This document shows, piece by piece, positions 37,126 to 50,309 of a DNA stretch of 64,000 bases. The translations under genes were made by a program, and so were the position numbers. Each line of letters begins with the position of its first letter. Positions within the stretch are counted from its first letter, which is position 1. Under the pieces are notes generated by a model. That model ran no database searches, was not told where the DNA came from, and was given only the letters and a program-made list of their open reading frames with translations. The DNA comes from Squalus acanthias (Eukaryota): assembly GCA_030390025.1 (NCBI GenBank), contig CM059431.1, forward strand, positions 135,534,001-135,598,000. The letters are read 5' to 3'.

Positions 37126-37310
37126 TCTAGTCTCCCCACATAACTGAAGTCCCTCACCCTGGTATCATTCTAGTAAATCTCTTCTGCACCCTCTCTAAGG
37201 CCTTGACATCCTTTCTAAAGTGTGATTCCCATAATTGGACATGATACTCCAGCTGAGGCCTAACCAGTGCTTTATAAAGTTTAGCATAACTTTCTTGCTT
37301 TTGTACTTTA
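37126..37310 (-). mobile_element. CR1 RT C-terminal fragment
   Basis: Reverse strand reads LNFIKHWLGLSWS, a frameshifted LYK.LVRPQLEY..VKALERVQKRFTRMIPG. Confidence 0.75.
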
Positions 37311-37732
37311 TGGGGGAGAGATTCGAGTTCAGCAGGAAAGTTGCTGGTGTCACCGGCAACTGGAGTTAACGGCCGCTGAAAATGGCAGCAATGCTAACGG
37401 AGCAACATTCATCTGGGAGGTTGGGGATTGGTGTCGCAGCGCTTACCTTCCATGCAACGCCATCCGACCCAAAGTTCCTGTCCAGGTGCGGCATTCGAGC
37501 TTCACACAGCCTCTGGAAGCGAGGCTGAGGAGCTCGCAACAAATTGTGGGCAATGAAAAGGCCTCTGAAGTAATATAAATTAAAATGCAATGAAACAATG
37601 CAGTTTTCAGTCCTGTCTGCCTTTCAAAAAAAAATTAACATTAAACAGAAAATATTCAGCTCTTAAAGCTGAATCCCCTTCTTAACCTCAAAAAATGTGA
37701 AAAGTGCTTCAGCACAAGCACAAATGGCTCAG

Positions 37733-38222
37733 CAACAAGAACAACAACAACAACTTGTATTTATATAGCACATTTAACATAGTAAAACATCCCAAGGCGC
37801 TTCACAGGAGTATTATAAGACAAAAAATTGACACCGAGCCACATAAGGAGAAATTAGGGCAGGTGACCAAAAGCTTGGTCAAAGAAGTAGGTTTTAAGGA
37901 GTGTCTTAAAGGAGGAAAGAGAGGTAGCGAGGCAGAGAGGTTTAGGTAGGGAATTCCAGAGCTTAGGGCCTAGGCAACAGAAGGCCCGGCCACCAATGGT
38001 TGAGCGATTATAATCAGGGATGCTCAAGAGGGCAGAATTAGAGGAGCGCAGATATCTCGGGGGGCTGTGGGGCTGAAGGAGATTACAGAGATAGGGAGAG
38101 GCGAGGCCATGGAGGGATTTGAAAACAAGGATGAGAATTTTGAAATTGAGGTGTTGCTTAACCGGGAGCCAATGTAGGTCAGCGAGCAAAGGGGTGATGG
38201 GTGAACGGGACTTGGTGCGATT
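37733..38222 (-). mobile_element. L2 LINE 3' part
   Basis: ITPLLADLHWLPVKQHLNFKIL..GGRAF..GPKLWNSLP..FKTLLKT; (CAA)n tail. Confidence 0.92.
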
Positions 38223-39620
38223 TAGGACAACATCACCAGGGCTGTCACTGCTAGCAGTGTTGCCCCCACCCCCTGGCTCCAGTGCCCAAAGAAGTTTCAT
38301 GACCTCAGGCCACTGGTCAAGGTCAGTGAATGCATCTGCAAAAGCCACCTCCTACCAACTGCACCACTAGCCTCACACACTGCTCAATGCATGATCCCCA
38401 ATCACTCACCTACCAACAATCTGCACCAATCACAAGACACACCTCCCATTCCTAGCCTCACCTCACCCCCTTGGAGGAGATGGTGCTGGCCATTCTTGGC
38501 AGGGGCATGGCTGAGACCTTGGCTAGCAGCAAGGCTGAAAGGGTACAAGATATTGGTATCCTCATACGTTATCCTCCTTCTGGCATGCACCTCTTGCTTT
38601 TCCGCCTTTCCGTCACCACAATTCCACCCTTTTGCCTTCCTCATTTCACACACCCAAGAAATGCAGCCTGCCCAGCCAGTGGGTGATTAAAATGAGGGAG
38701 TGGAGAGTGAAGAAGAAGAAGATTGATTTGTCACTCCAAGCGACCAGCTCCTCAAGGTCAACCAGCAAGGTCATTTGCAGTGTCCCCCACTGAAATTCAG
38801 CTGCTTTCCACCAGCCATGCTGCAGCCACTGCATGACATCAGTAGGATGGGCAAAGGCACACACAAGACAGTCACTAAGAGAGTGCATACGGGTGATGAG
38901 TTGATTTCTTGATGTCACAATGGATGGATGGATAGATGTATAAAATTGGATTGGAAAGTTTGCTTTGTGGTGGCTTTTATTTCAGCATCGTGGCCAAGAG
39001 GACGTTATGATGGTCAATAACAGAAAGAAGGTAAAGTTTGGGACTAATGTTGTAAGGAAATTTGGGGTTGTGGTGACTGGGACCACAGGCTGATGATTCC
39101 ATCCCGGATATCCCAGCCACAAAGGGGCTGTCTGGGATGCATCCTTCTGTCTGATTCCTCCTCTTCTGCTTCCTCCTCTTCGGCATCCTCCTCTTCATAG
39201 TATTCTTCTTCCTTCTGCGAGCAGATGCTGTAAATGTGAAATGCCAGCATAAAATGCTGGAAATACTCAACTGGTCAGGCAGCATCTTGACCTGAGATGT
39301 GAACTCTATTTTTCTCTCCTTGGATGTTGCCAGATCTGTTGAGTATTTGCAGCATTTTCTGTCTTCTCAAAGGCCTTCATTTACCATCCGAGCCCTTGCA
39401 AGCATCCAGCAGCACTTCTTACACATACACAAAAAAATTTTCACATCTATTGCAGCAAGCCAATACTTCAATAAAATTTAAAAAAAGTCCAAAAGCTTAA
39501 ATACAAACTTACCTGAAAGATTTGTGTGTCCCTTTAAGAGGTGTTGACATCGCCACTGTCAGCCTGCTTGCACTCCAGGTTAACCTGGCGTGCTTAGGAC
39601 CCAGCGCTGAATTTTAGTCA
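38223..39620. mobile_element. Highly degraded Harbinger remnant
   Basis: Minus-strand acidic EEE..RQPL tail like the other two transposases (39100-39220); Myb-like fragments at about 38270-38560. Confidence 0.45.
39224..39363. mobile_element. Old inverted Penelope pseudo-LTR fragment
   Basis: aaaatgctggaaatactcaac / gttgagtatttgcagcatttt inverted arms; similar to the 39827 family. Confidence 0.55.
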
Positions 39621-39826
39621 AGGTAGATGTTAATGTTCAATATTACATTCATATTTCTACTTTGACTGTTTTCTTATGGAATATATTCTAAAGGTTAGTT
39701 CAGTTATCAATTAGGTTTTGTATATCTGGTCTGAAATTCGTCCCTTTGATGAGTCATGCCTGCCTAATAACAAATTTCTTCTTTGGAAAAATTACTGGTT
39801 TCTGCTGTGAAGATGGATTATATTAT

Positions 39827-39963
39827 TACGATAGCAAAATACTGCGGATGCTGGAAATCTGAAATAACAACAGAAAACGCTGGAAAAACTCAGCAGGCCA
39901 GGCAGCATCCGTGGAGAGAGAAAGAGAGTTAACGTTTCAGGTCGATGACCTTTCGTCAGAACT
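39827..39963 (-). mobile_element. Penelope-like mini-insertion with hammerhead motif (39963-39927)
   Basis: 12-bp TSD GGATTATATTAT (39815-26 / 39964-75). Reverse complement appears identical to 61271-61407. Confidence 0.85.
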
Positions 39964-40119
39964 GGATTATATTATGATTGAGTAATGGAATAAGTAGCTT
40001 TTTTTATTAATTAAAAAAGAGGAACACATGATCCATTGTACTCTGTGCCCTGATGAACATTGAAATTTGTTGTACGCTCCTCATACACATTCACATTGGC
40101 AGCCACTGTTATATTCATG

Positions 40120-42074
40120 ATGTGAGGAGGGATGATATGTTAGAAGGATCATAAAATGAGGCCCTATGGGTTGAACTGAAGAACAAAAAGGGGCAATCAC
40201 ACTGCTGGGAGTGTACTATAGACCCCCAAATAGTCAGAGGGAGATAGAAGAGCAAATATGTAGGCAGATTTCTGAAAAGTGCAAGAACAATAGGGAAGTA
40301 ATAGTAGGGGATTTCATCTACCCTAATATTAACTGGGATAGAATCAGTGTAAAAGGTATAGAGGGGGCAGAATTCTTAAAATGCATTCAGGAGAACTTTT
40401 TTTAGCTTGTATGCAGCAAGCCCAACAAGAGAGGGGGCAGTTCTGGACTTGGTTTTAGGGAATGAAGCTGGGCAGGTGGAAGGGGTATCAGTGAGAGACC
40501 ATTTTGGTGGTAGTGATCATAATTCAGTTAGATTTAGTGTAGTTATGGAAAAGGACAAAGATAGACCAGGAGTAAAAGTTCTCAATTGGGGAAAGGCCAA
40601 TTTTGATAAGCTGAGATGTCATTTAGCAAAAGTGGACTGGAAACAGCTACTTGAAGGTAAATCAGTGTCAGAGCAGTGGGAGGCATTCAAGGAGGAGATA
40701 GTGAGGGTTCAGAGCAAACATGTTCCCACAAAGAAAAAGGGTGGGACTTATAAATCTACAACCCCCTGGATGTCAACAGGCATAGAGCGTAGGATAAGGC
40801 AAAAAAGGGAAGCTTATGTCAGATACTGAGAGCTAAATACTGCAGAAAGTCTAGAGGAGTATAGAAAGTGCAGGGGTGAAATTATAAGGAAATTAGGAAA
40901 GCAAAGAGAGGGCATTAAAAATATTGACAAGAAGCATCAAGGAAAACCCAAAGATGTTTTATAAATACATAAAGAGCAAGAAGATAACTAAAGAAAGAGT
41001 AGGGCCTATTAGAGACCAAAAAGTAACCAGTGTGTGGAGGCAGAAGACGTGGGTATGGTTCTTAATGAATACTTTGCGTCTGTCTTCACAAAAGAGAGGG
41101 ACGATGCAGACATTGTAGTTAAGGAGGAGGTGTGTGAAATATTAGATGAGATAAACATAGTGAAAGAGGAAATATTAAGGGGTTTAGCATCTTTGAAAGT
41201 AGATAAATTGTCAGGCCCGGATGAAATGTATCCCAGGCAGAGAAGCAAGGGATGAAATAGCGGAGGTTCTGACCATCATTTTCCAATCCTCTCTACAGGC
41301 GTGGTGTGGTGCCAGAGGACTGGAGGACTGCTAACGTTGTACCATTGTTTAAAAAGGGAGAAAGGGATAGACCGATTAATTACAGGCCAGTCAGCCCAAC
41401 CTCGGTTATGGGCAAATTACTGGGAAAAATTCTGAGGGAAGTATTAATCATTTGGAAAGGCACAGATTAATCAAGGACAGTTAACATGGATTTGTGAAGG
41501 GAAGGTCGTGTCTGACTAACTTGATGAATTTTTTGAGGAGATAACAAGGTGGGTCGATGAGGATAGTGCATTTGATGTGGTCTACGTAGGGTTTAGCAAG
41601 GCTTTTGACAAGGTCCCACATGGCAGACTGGTCAAAAAAGTAAAAGCCCATGGGATCCAAGGGAAAGTGGCAAGTTGGATCCAAAATTGGCTCAGTGACA
41701 GGAAGCAAAGGGTAATGGTCGACGGGTGTTTTTGTGACTGGATGACTGTTTCCAGTGGGGTTCCGCAGGGCTCAGTATTAGGTCCCTTGCCTTTTGCGGT
41801 ATATATCAATGATTTAGACTTCAATGTGGGGGGCATGATTAAGAAGGTTGCCAATGATACAAAAATTTGCCGTATGGTTGATAGTGAAGAAGAAAGCTGT
41901 GGAATGCCAGAAGATATCAATGGACTGGTCAGGTGGGCAGAAAAGTGACAAATGAAATTCAATCTGGAGAAGTGTGAGGTAGTGCATTTGGGGAGGGCTA
42001 AAAAGGCAAGGGATTACACAATAAATGGTAAGACACTGAGAAGTGTAGAGGAACAGAGAGACCTTGGAGTGCAT
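40120..42074 (+). mobile_element. Old CR1, part 1 (APE to RT); continues at 47628-47736 and 49574-50151
   Basis: YYRPPNS, LDLVLGN, KAFDKVPH, GVPQGSVLGP; reading ..RDLGVH resumes at 47628 with tgcat at both junctions. Confidence 0.9.
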
Positions 42075-42204
42075 AAGAACATAAGAAGTAGGAGCAGGAG
42101 TAGGCCATATGGCCGCTCGGGCCTGCTCCGCCATTCAATAGGATCATGGCTGATCCGAACTTAGACTCACGTCCACTTCCCTGCCCGCTCCCCATAACCC
42201 TTAA

Positions 42205-42783
42205 AAGAACATAAGAACATAAGAAATAGGAGCAGGAGTAGGCCAATCGGCCCCTCGAGCCTGCTCCGCCATTCAATAAGATTATGGCTGATCTGATCCT
42301 AACCTCAAATCTAAAGAACACAAGTAGGAACAGGACCCGGCCACTCAGCCCCTGGGCCCGCTCCGCCACCCACAGGGCCCTGACCGATCCGAACTCAGCC
42401 TCATGTCCAATTTCCTGCCCGCTCACCGTAACCCCTAATTCCCTTTACCTCTAGGAAACTATCTATTTCTGTTTTAAATTTATTTAATGATGTAGCTTCC
42501 ACAGCTTCCTGGGGCAGCAAATTCCACAGACCTACTACCCTCTGAGTGAAGAAGTTTCTCCTCCTCTCAGTTTTGAAAGAGCAGCCCCTTATTCTAAGAT
42601 TATGCCCCCTAGTTCTAGTTTCACCCATCCTTGGGAACATCCTTACCGCATCCACCCGATCAAGCCCCTTCACAATCTTATATGTTTCAATAAGATCGCC
42701 TCTCATTCTTCTGAACTCCAATGAGTAGAGTCCCAATCTACTCAAACTCTCCTTATATGTCCACCCCCTCATCCCCGGGATTA
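42205..42783 (-). mobile_element. 5'-truncated young CR1, same subfamily as 47737-49573
   Basis: MRGWTYKE..GYGERAGNWT nearly identical to the end of ORF 47728-49374, with the same 3'UTR. Confidence 0.9.
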
Positions 42784-45720
42784 TCAGCTAGGAAACTGTC
42801 TATCTCCATTTTAAATTTATTTAATGTCGCAGCTTCCACAGCTCTCTGAGGTAGCAAATTCCACAGACCTACTACCCTCTGAGTGAAAAAGTTTCTCCTC
42901 ATCTCAGTTTTGAAACGGCAGCCCCTTATTCTAAGATTATGCCCCCTAGTTCTAGTCTCACCCATCAGTGGAAACATCCTCCCCCCCTCCACCCGATCAA
43001 GCCCCCTCACAATCTTATATGTTTCGATAAGATCGCCTCTCATTCTTCTGAATTCCAATGAGTAGAGGCCCAACCTACTCAACCTTTCCTCATAAGTCAA
43101 CCCCCTCATCTCCAGAATCAACCGAGTGAACCTTCTCTGAACTGCCTCGAGAGCAAGTATATCTTTTCTTAAATATGGAAACCAAAACTGTACACAGTAT
43201 TCCAGGTGTGGCCTCACCAGTACCTTGTACAACTGAAGCAAGATTTCCCTGCTTTTATACTCTATCCCCCTTGCAATAAAAGCCAAGATTCCATTGGCCT
43301 TCCTTCCTGATCACCTGCTGTACCTGCATACTAACCTTCTGTGTTTCATGCACCAGGACACCCAGATCCCTTTGTACTGTAGCACTTTGCAGTTTCTTTC
43401 CATTTAGATAATAACTTGCTCTTTGATTTTTTCTGCCAAAGTGCATAACCTCACACTTTCCAATATTATATTCCATCTGCCAAATTTCCGCCCACTCACT
43501 TAGCCTGTCTATGTCCTTTTGCAGGTTTTTTATGTCCTCCTCACTCACTGCTTTTCCTCCCATCTTTGTATCGTCAGCAAACTTGGATACGTTGCACTTG
43601 GTCCCCTCCTCCAAATCGTTAATATAGATTATAAAGAGTTGGGGTCCCAGCACTGACCCTTGCGGAACACCACTAGTTACTGATTGCCAACCCGAGAATG
43701 AACCATTTATCCCAACTCTCTGTTTTCTGTTAGATAGCCAATCTTCCACCCATGCCAGCATATTACCCCCAATCCCGTGATTTTTTATCTTGTGCAGTAA
43801 TCTTTTGTGTGGCACCTTATCAAATGCCTTTTGGAAGTCCAAATACACCACATCCACTGGTTCCCCTTTATCCACCCTGTTTGTTACGTCCTCAAAGAAT
43901 TCAAGCAAATTTGTCAAGCATGATTTCCCCTTCATAAAACCATGCTGACTCTGTCCGATTAAATTATGCTTATCCAAATGTCCTGTTACTGCTTCCTTAA
44001 TAATGGACTCCAACATTTTACCAACCACAGATGTTAGGCTAACTGGTCTATAGTCTCCAGCCTTTTGACTACGTCCCTTTTTAAATAAGGGCGTTACATT
44101 AGCAGTTTTCCAATCTGCTGGGACCTTTCCCGAATTCAGGGAGTTTTGGAAAATTACCACCAATGCATTCGCAATCCCTACCGCTGCTTCTCTCAAGACC
44201 CTAGGATGTAAGCCATCAGGTCCAGAGGATTTATCCGCCTTAAGTCCCATTATCTTACCGAGTACCATCTCCTTAGTGATTTTAATCGTGTTTAGCTCCT
44301 CCCCCCCATAGCCCCCCGTTTGTCCAGTGTTGGGATATTTTTAGTATCCTCTACTGTAAAGACTGATTCAAAATATTTGTTCAGCGTATTTGCCATCTCA
44401 GTGTTCCCCACTACTAATTTCCCGGTCTCGTCCTCTAAGGGACCAACATTCACTTTAGCCACCCTTTTTCTTTTTATATAACTGTAGAAACTCTTGCTAT
44501 CTGTTTTTATATTTTTTGCTAGTTTACTTTCATAATCTATCTTCCCCTTCTTAATTAATCTTTTAGTTATTCTTTGCTGGCTTTTAAATGCTTCCCAATC
44601 TTCTATCCTCCCACTAGATTTGGCTACTTTATATGCCTTTGTTTTCAGTCGGATACTATCCTTTATTACTTTACTTAGCCACGGATGGCTGTCTTTTCTT
44701 TTACGCCCCTTTTTCCTCAGTGGAATATATTTTTCTTGTAAGTTGTGAAATACCTCCTTGAATGTACACCACTGCTCCTGTACCGTCTTACACCTTAATC
44801 TATTTTCCCAGTCCACTTTAGTCAACTCTGCTCTCATACCTTCATTGCCTCCTTTATTTAAGCTTAGTACGCTGGTTTGAGATCCAACTCTCACCCTCCA
44901 ACTGAATTTGGAATTCAACCATGTTATGGTCACTCATTCCAAGGGGATCCTTTACTAGGACATTTTTTATTAATCCTGTCTCATTACACAGGACCAAATC
45001 TAAGATTGCCTGCCCCCTGTTTGGTTCAGTAACATACTGCTCAAGGAACCCGTCCCTAATGCACTCTATGAACTCTTCCTCAAGGCTGCCCTGCCCAATT
45101 TGATTTGTCCAGTCAATATGAAAGTTAAAATCTCCCATGATTATAGCTGTTCCCGTATTACAAGCCCCAACTATTTCCTGATTTATACTCTGACCAATAG
45201 AGTTACAACTGTTAGGAGGTCTATAGACTACGCCCACTAGTGACTTTTTCCCCTTATTATTCCTTATCTCCACCCAAACTGTTTCACTATCCTGATCCTT
45301 TGACCCAATATCATTTCTCACTATTGCAGTGATTCCATCCTTTATTAACATAGCCACCCCACCTCCCTTTCCTTCCTGTCTGTCCTTCCTAATAGTCAAA
45401 TACCCCTGGATGTTTAGTTCCCAGTCATGGTCACCTCGCAGCCATGTTTCTGTAATGGCCACCAGATCATACCCATGTGTAGTTATTTGTACCGTCAACT
45501 CGTCTATTTTGTTACGAATGCTGCGTGCATTCAGATAAAGAACTTTTAAACATGTTTTGTGACAATTCATTCCTGCTTTTACCCCCTTTACTACTTTACC
45601 TTTATATATTCTGTCCCTTCCTGACACGCTCTGGTTTTTAATTTCCCCACTGCTAATTTGCTCTATTGCCTTCTCTGCTGACATTTTTGTTCTTCGCTCT
45701 CTTGAAACCTCCCCCCCCAC
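42784..45720 (-). pseudogene. CR1 ORF2 (APE endonuclease plus reverse transcriptase), few frameshifts
   Basis: ORFs 44854-45720, 44292-44933, 43255-44268 and 42753-43286 are colinear: ITETW, GDFN, SDH, YRPVSL, QHGF, FADD. Confidence 0.93.
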
Positions 45721-45724
45721 TAAT

Positions 45725-46667
45725 TAGTTTAAAGCCCTCTCTACAGCCCTAGTTATTCAATTCGCCAGGATTCTAGTCCCAGCACTGGCCAAGTGAAGTC
45801 CGTCCCAACGGAACAGCTCTCTCCCGTCCCAGTACTGGTGCCAGTGTCCCAAGAAGCAAAACCCATTTCTCCCACACTAGTCTTTGAGCCACTCATTTAA
45901 CTCTCTGATTTTATTTACCCTAGCCAAATTTGCTCATGGCTCAGGTAGTAATCCAGAGATTATTACCCTTGTGGTTCTGCTTTTTAATTTGGCCCCTAGC
46001 TGCTCATACTCCCTCAGCAGAACCTCTTTCCTTGTCCTATCTATGTCGTTGGTACCAACATGGACCACGACAACTGGATCCTCCCCCTCCCACTCTAAGT
46101 TTCTCTCCAGCCCAGAGGAGCTGTCCTTAACCTTGGCACTGGGCAGGCAACACAACCTTCGGGACTCTCGTTCTCGGCTGCAAAGAACCCTATCTATCCC
46201 CCTTATGATACTATCCCCTACCACTAGAACATTTCTTTTTACTCCCCCCACTTGAATGGCCTCCCGTTCCACGGTGCTGTGGCCAGGTTGCTCATCCTCC
46301 CTGCAGTCCCTGCTCCCGTCCTCACAGGGAGTAAGAGCCTCGAACCTGTTGGACAAGAGCAAGGCTGCGGCTCCTCCAACACTACCTCCTGGATCCCCGT
46401 ACCTGCCTCACTCATAGTCACACCCTCCTGTCCCTGACCACAGACTACATCTGAATTAGTTAATCTAATTGGTGTGACTGCTTCCTGGAACACAGAGTCC
46501 AGGTAACTCTCCCCCTCCCTGATGTGTCGCAGTGTTTGAAGCTCATCAACACGGAGCCGGAGTTCCTTGAGCAGCCAACACTTACTGCAAATGTGATCAC
46601 CGTGAGCATCAATGGTGTCCACCAGCTCCCACATATTGCAGCAGTAACACATCACCTGCTCTCCCAT
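45725..46667 (-). pseudogene. CR1 ORF1 (N-terminal zinc finger plus SGNH/GDSL esterase-like domain), frameshifted
   Basis: CYCC..HICSKC, LSNRFEAL, VLVVGDSIIRG, VVVHVGTNDI. Confidence 0.88.
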
Positions 46668-46967
46668 TCTATGTAATTAATTAAATTTATTAATATTTTT
46701 TAAATACCCTCTGCCCCGCCTGATGAATATCACACCTTAGAAACTATAAACCACAGAGTTTAAGTTTAAAAAGAGAGAAATACTCACCAACCAATTACTT
46801 ACCTGCTTTCTGGTGACATCACACCTCGATTATTTTTTACCTCTCTCCCTCCCTCCGAGTTCGGAGACTGGTTTCTGGGGCCTTTTAAACCCTCTGCCGC
46901 CGCCTCGCCTCACGCAGGTCCGCCGCCGCACCAGGAAGCTGACAAAGATGGAAAAAGGAAGTCCGTC

Positions 46968-47327
46968 CTACCTACCTACCTCTCTACCTCTCTACCTCTC
47001 TACCTCCCTACCTCTCTACCTACCTACCTACCTCTCTACCTACCTACCTCTCTACCTACCTCTCTACCTACCTACCTCTCTACCTACCTACCTACCTACC
47101 TACCTACCTACCTACCTACCTACCTACCTACCTACCTACCTACCTACCTACCTACCTACCTACCTACCTACCTACCTACCTACCTACCTACCTACCTACC
47201 TACCTACCTACCTACCTACCTACCTACCTACCTACCTACCTACCTACCTACCTACCTACCTACCTACCTACCTACCTACCTACCTACCTACCTACCTACC
47301 TCTCTACCTCTCTACCTCTCTACCTCT
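46968..47327 (+). repeat. (CTAC)n microsatellite in the CR1 5'UTR
   Basis: Pure TACC run about 47081-47300, flanked by CTCTAC variants. Confidence 0.97.
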
Positions 47328-47736
47328 CTGTTCCAATCTGCACTCTAGTCTCCCTTATTTATACTGCTGAGATTTAAATAAGTGAGCTCTCTCGCAGTTA
47401 CAGAACCAGATTAGATTAGACCAGTTAATTAATTAATTACTCTCACCTGCTCTCCAGCACAGAGCTTGCTTAGCCCTGCCCAAGCCTGGAAGAAACTTAA
47501 AACTTGAACAGTAAATTTAAATGCTAATTGCAAGCACACAAGACTAGAATTTATAAAAATAAGAGATTAACCTTTAAGATTTACTCCCTCACTCACCAAA
47601 CTCGCAGCTGAACACTCTGTTCCAATCTGCATGTCCACAGATCCCTGAATGTAGCAGAACAGGTGGATAGGAAGACAGGATACTTTCCTTTATTAGCCAA
47701 GGCATAGAATATAAGAGCAGGGAGGTTATGCTTGAA

Positions 47737-49573
47737 ATATTTAGTCTTTCAGTCTTTACGGTAGAGGACACTAAGAATATCCCAACACTGGACAAACAGG
47801 GGGCTCTAGGGGGGGAGGAGCTAAATACGATTAAAATCACTAAGGAATTGGTACTCAGTAAAATAATGGGACTCAAGGCAGATAAATCCCCTGGACCTGA
47901 TGGCTTACATCCTAGGGTCTTGAGGGAAGTGGCAATAGGGATTGTGGATGCTTTGGTAATAATTTTCCAAAATTCCCTGGAATCAGCAAAGGTCCCGGCA
48001 GATTGGAAAACTGCTAATGTAACACCCTTATTTAAAAAGGGTAGTAGGCAGAAAGCTGGAAATTATAGACCAGTTAGTCTAACATCTGTGGTGGGTAAAA
48101 TTTTGGAGTCTATTATTAAGGAGACAGTAACGGAACATTTAGATAAACATAATTTGATAGGACAAAGTCAGCATGGCTTTATGAAGGGGAAATCATGTCT
48201 GACAAATTTGCTTGAGTTCTTTGAGGACATAACGTACAGGGTGGATAAAGGGGAACCAATGGACGTAGTGTATTTAGACTTCCAGAAGGCATTCGACAAG
48301 GTGCCACATAAAAGATTATTGCTCAAGATAAAAAATCACTGGATTGGGGGGAATATTCTGGCATGGGTGGAGGATTGGTTATCTAACAGGAAGCAGAGAG
48401 TTGGGATAAATGGTTCATTCTCGGACTGGCAACCAGTAGCCAGTGGTGTTCCGCAGGGGTCGGTGCTGGGTCCCCAACTCTTTACAATCTATATTAACGA
48501 TTTGGAGGAGGGGACCGAGTGTAACATATCAAAGTTTGCAGATGATACAAAGATGGGAGGGAAAGTAGAAAGTGAGGAGGACATAAAAAACCTACAAGGG
48601 GATATAGACAAGCTGGGTGAGTGGGCAGAGATTTGGCAGATGCAATACAATATTGGAAAATGTGAGGTTATGCACTTTGGCAGGAAAAATCAGAGAGCAA
48701 GTTATTATCTTAATGGCGAGAAACTGGAAAGTACTGCAGTACAAAGGGATCTGGGGGTCCTAGTGCAAGAAAATCAAAAAGTTAGTATACAGGTGCAGCA
48801 GGTGATCAAGAAGGCCAACGGAATGTTGGCTTTTATTGCTAGGGGGATAGATTATAAAAACAGGGAGGTATTGCTGCAGTTATATAAGGTATTGGTGAGA
48901 CCGCATCTGGAATACTGCATACAGTTTTGGTGTCCATACTTAAGAAAAGACATACTTGCTCTCGAGGCAGTACAAAGAAGGTTCACTCGGTTAATCCCCG
49001 GGATGAGGGGGTGGACATACAAGGAGAGGTTGAGTAGATTGGGACTCTACTCATTAGAGTTCAGAAGAATGAGAGGCAATCTTATTGAAACATATAAGAT
49101 TGTGAAGGGGCTTGATCGGGTGGATGCGGTAAGGATGTTCCCAAGGATGGGTGAAACTAGAACTAGGGGGCATAATCTTAGAATAAGGGGCTGCTCTTTC
49201 AAAACTGAGATGAGGAGAAACTTCTTCACTCAGAGGGTAGTAGGTCTGTGGAATTTGCTGCCCCAGGAAGCTGTGGAAGCTACATCATTAAATAAATTTA
49301 AAACAGAAATAGACAGTTTCCTAGAAGTAAAGGGAATTAGGGGTTACGGGGAGCGGGCAGGAAATTGGACATGAGGCTGAGTTCGGATCGGTCGAGGCCC
49401 TGTGGGTGGCGTAGCGGGCCCAGGGGCTGAGTGGCCGGGTCCTGCTCCTACTTCTTGTGTTCTTTAGATTTGAGGTGAGGATCAGATCAGCCATGATCTT
49501 ATTGAATGGCGGAGCAGGCTCGAAGGGCCGATTGGCCTACTCCTGCTCCTATTTCTTATGTTCTTATGTTCTT
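47737..49573 (+). mobile_element. Young 5'-truncated CR1 with an uninterrupted RT and C-terminal frame (ORF 47728-49374)
   Basis: 548 codons without a stop, all RT motifs, (TTCTTATG)n tail. The ATG is borrowed from the host CR1. Confidence 0.95.
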
Positions 49574-50151
49574 AAATGTATAAAACACTAGTTAGGCCAC
49601 AGGTAGAATACTGCGTACAGTTCTGGTCATCACATTGCAGTAAAGATATGATTGCACTAGAGAGGGTACAGAGGAGATTTACGAGGATGTTACCAGGACC
49701 GGAGAATTTTAGCTATGAGGAAAGATTGAATAGGCTAGGGTTGTTTTCTTTGGAACAGAGGAGGCTGAGGGGAGATTTAATTGAGGTGTATAAAATTGTG
49801 AGGGGCCTAGATAGAATGAAGAGGAAGGACCAATTTCCCTTAGCAGAGAGGTCAATAACCAATGGGCATAGATTTAAAGTAATTGATAGAAGGATTAGAG
49901 GGGAGTTGAGGAGAACCTTTTCACCCAGAGGGTGGTGGGGGTCTGGAACTCACTGCCTGAAAAGGTGGTAGAGGCAGAAACCCTCATCACATTTAAAAAG
50001 TACTTGGATTTGCACTTGAAATGCCGTAACCTACAAGGCTACGCACCAAGAGCTGGAAAGTGGGATTAGGCTGGTTGGTCTTTTTCGGCTGGAACAGACA
50101 CAATGGGCCGAATGGCCTCCTGCTGTGCCATAAATTTCTATGATTCTATGA
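49574..50151 (+). mobile_element. Old CR1, 3' end
   Basis: YKTLVRPQVEYC..; tail ttctatgattctatga. Confidence 0.9.
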
Positions 50152-50309
50152 CCATGCACTGTTCTTCCTCCCCTATTCCCTCACTTTACCACCATCCTGA
50201 TTTCAACAACCCCTGAAAATCTCTTCTCTTCAATCATTTTTTTATCCTCCTTGTTCTTTTTGTTCCCCTTTCCCTTCTGCTTCATGTCCATTTTCACCCA
50301 GTAACCTAT

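Larger units (their letters stand above)
42075..47627 (-). mobile_element. Near full-length CR1 (5'UTR, ORF1, ORF2, 3' tail), with a younger CR1 3' piece inserted at 42205-42783
   Basis: ORF1, APE and RT in order; (TTCTTATG)n tail at about 42075. Confidence 0.92.

Noticed and set aside
46813..47370. (PTYL)n protein
   Set aside because: Translation of the (CTAC)n microsatellite.
47728..49374. Autonomous intact CR1 gene
   Set aside because: 5'-truncated with no APE domain or promoter; the ATG comes from the flanking older element.
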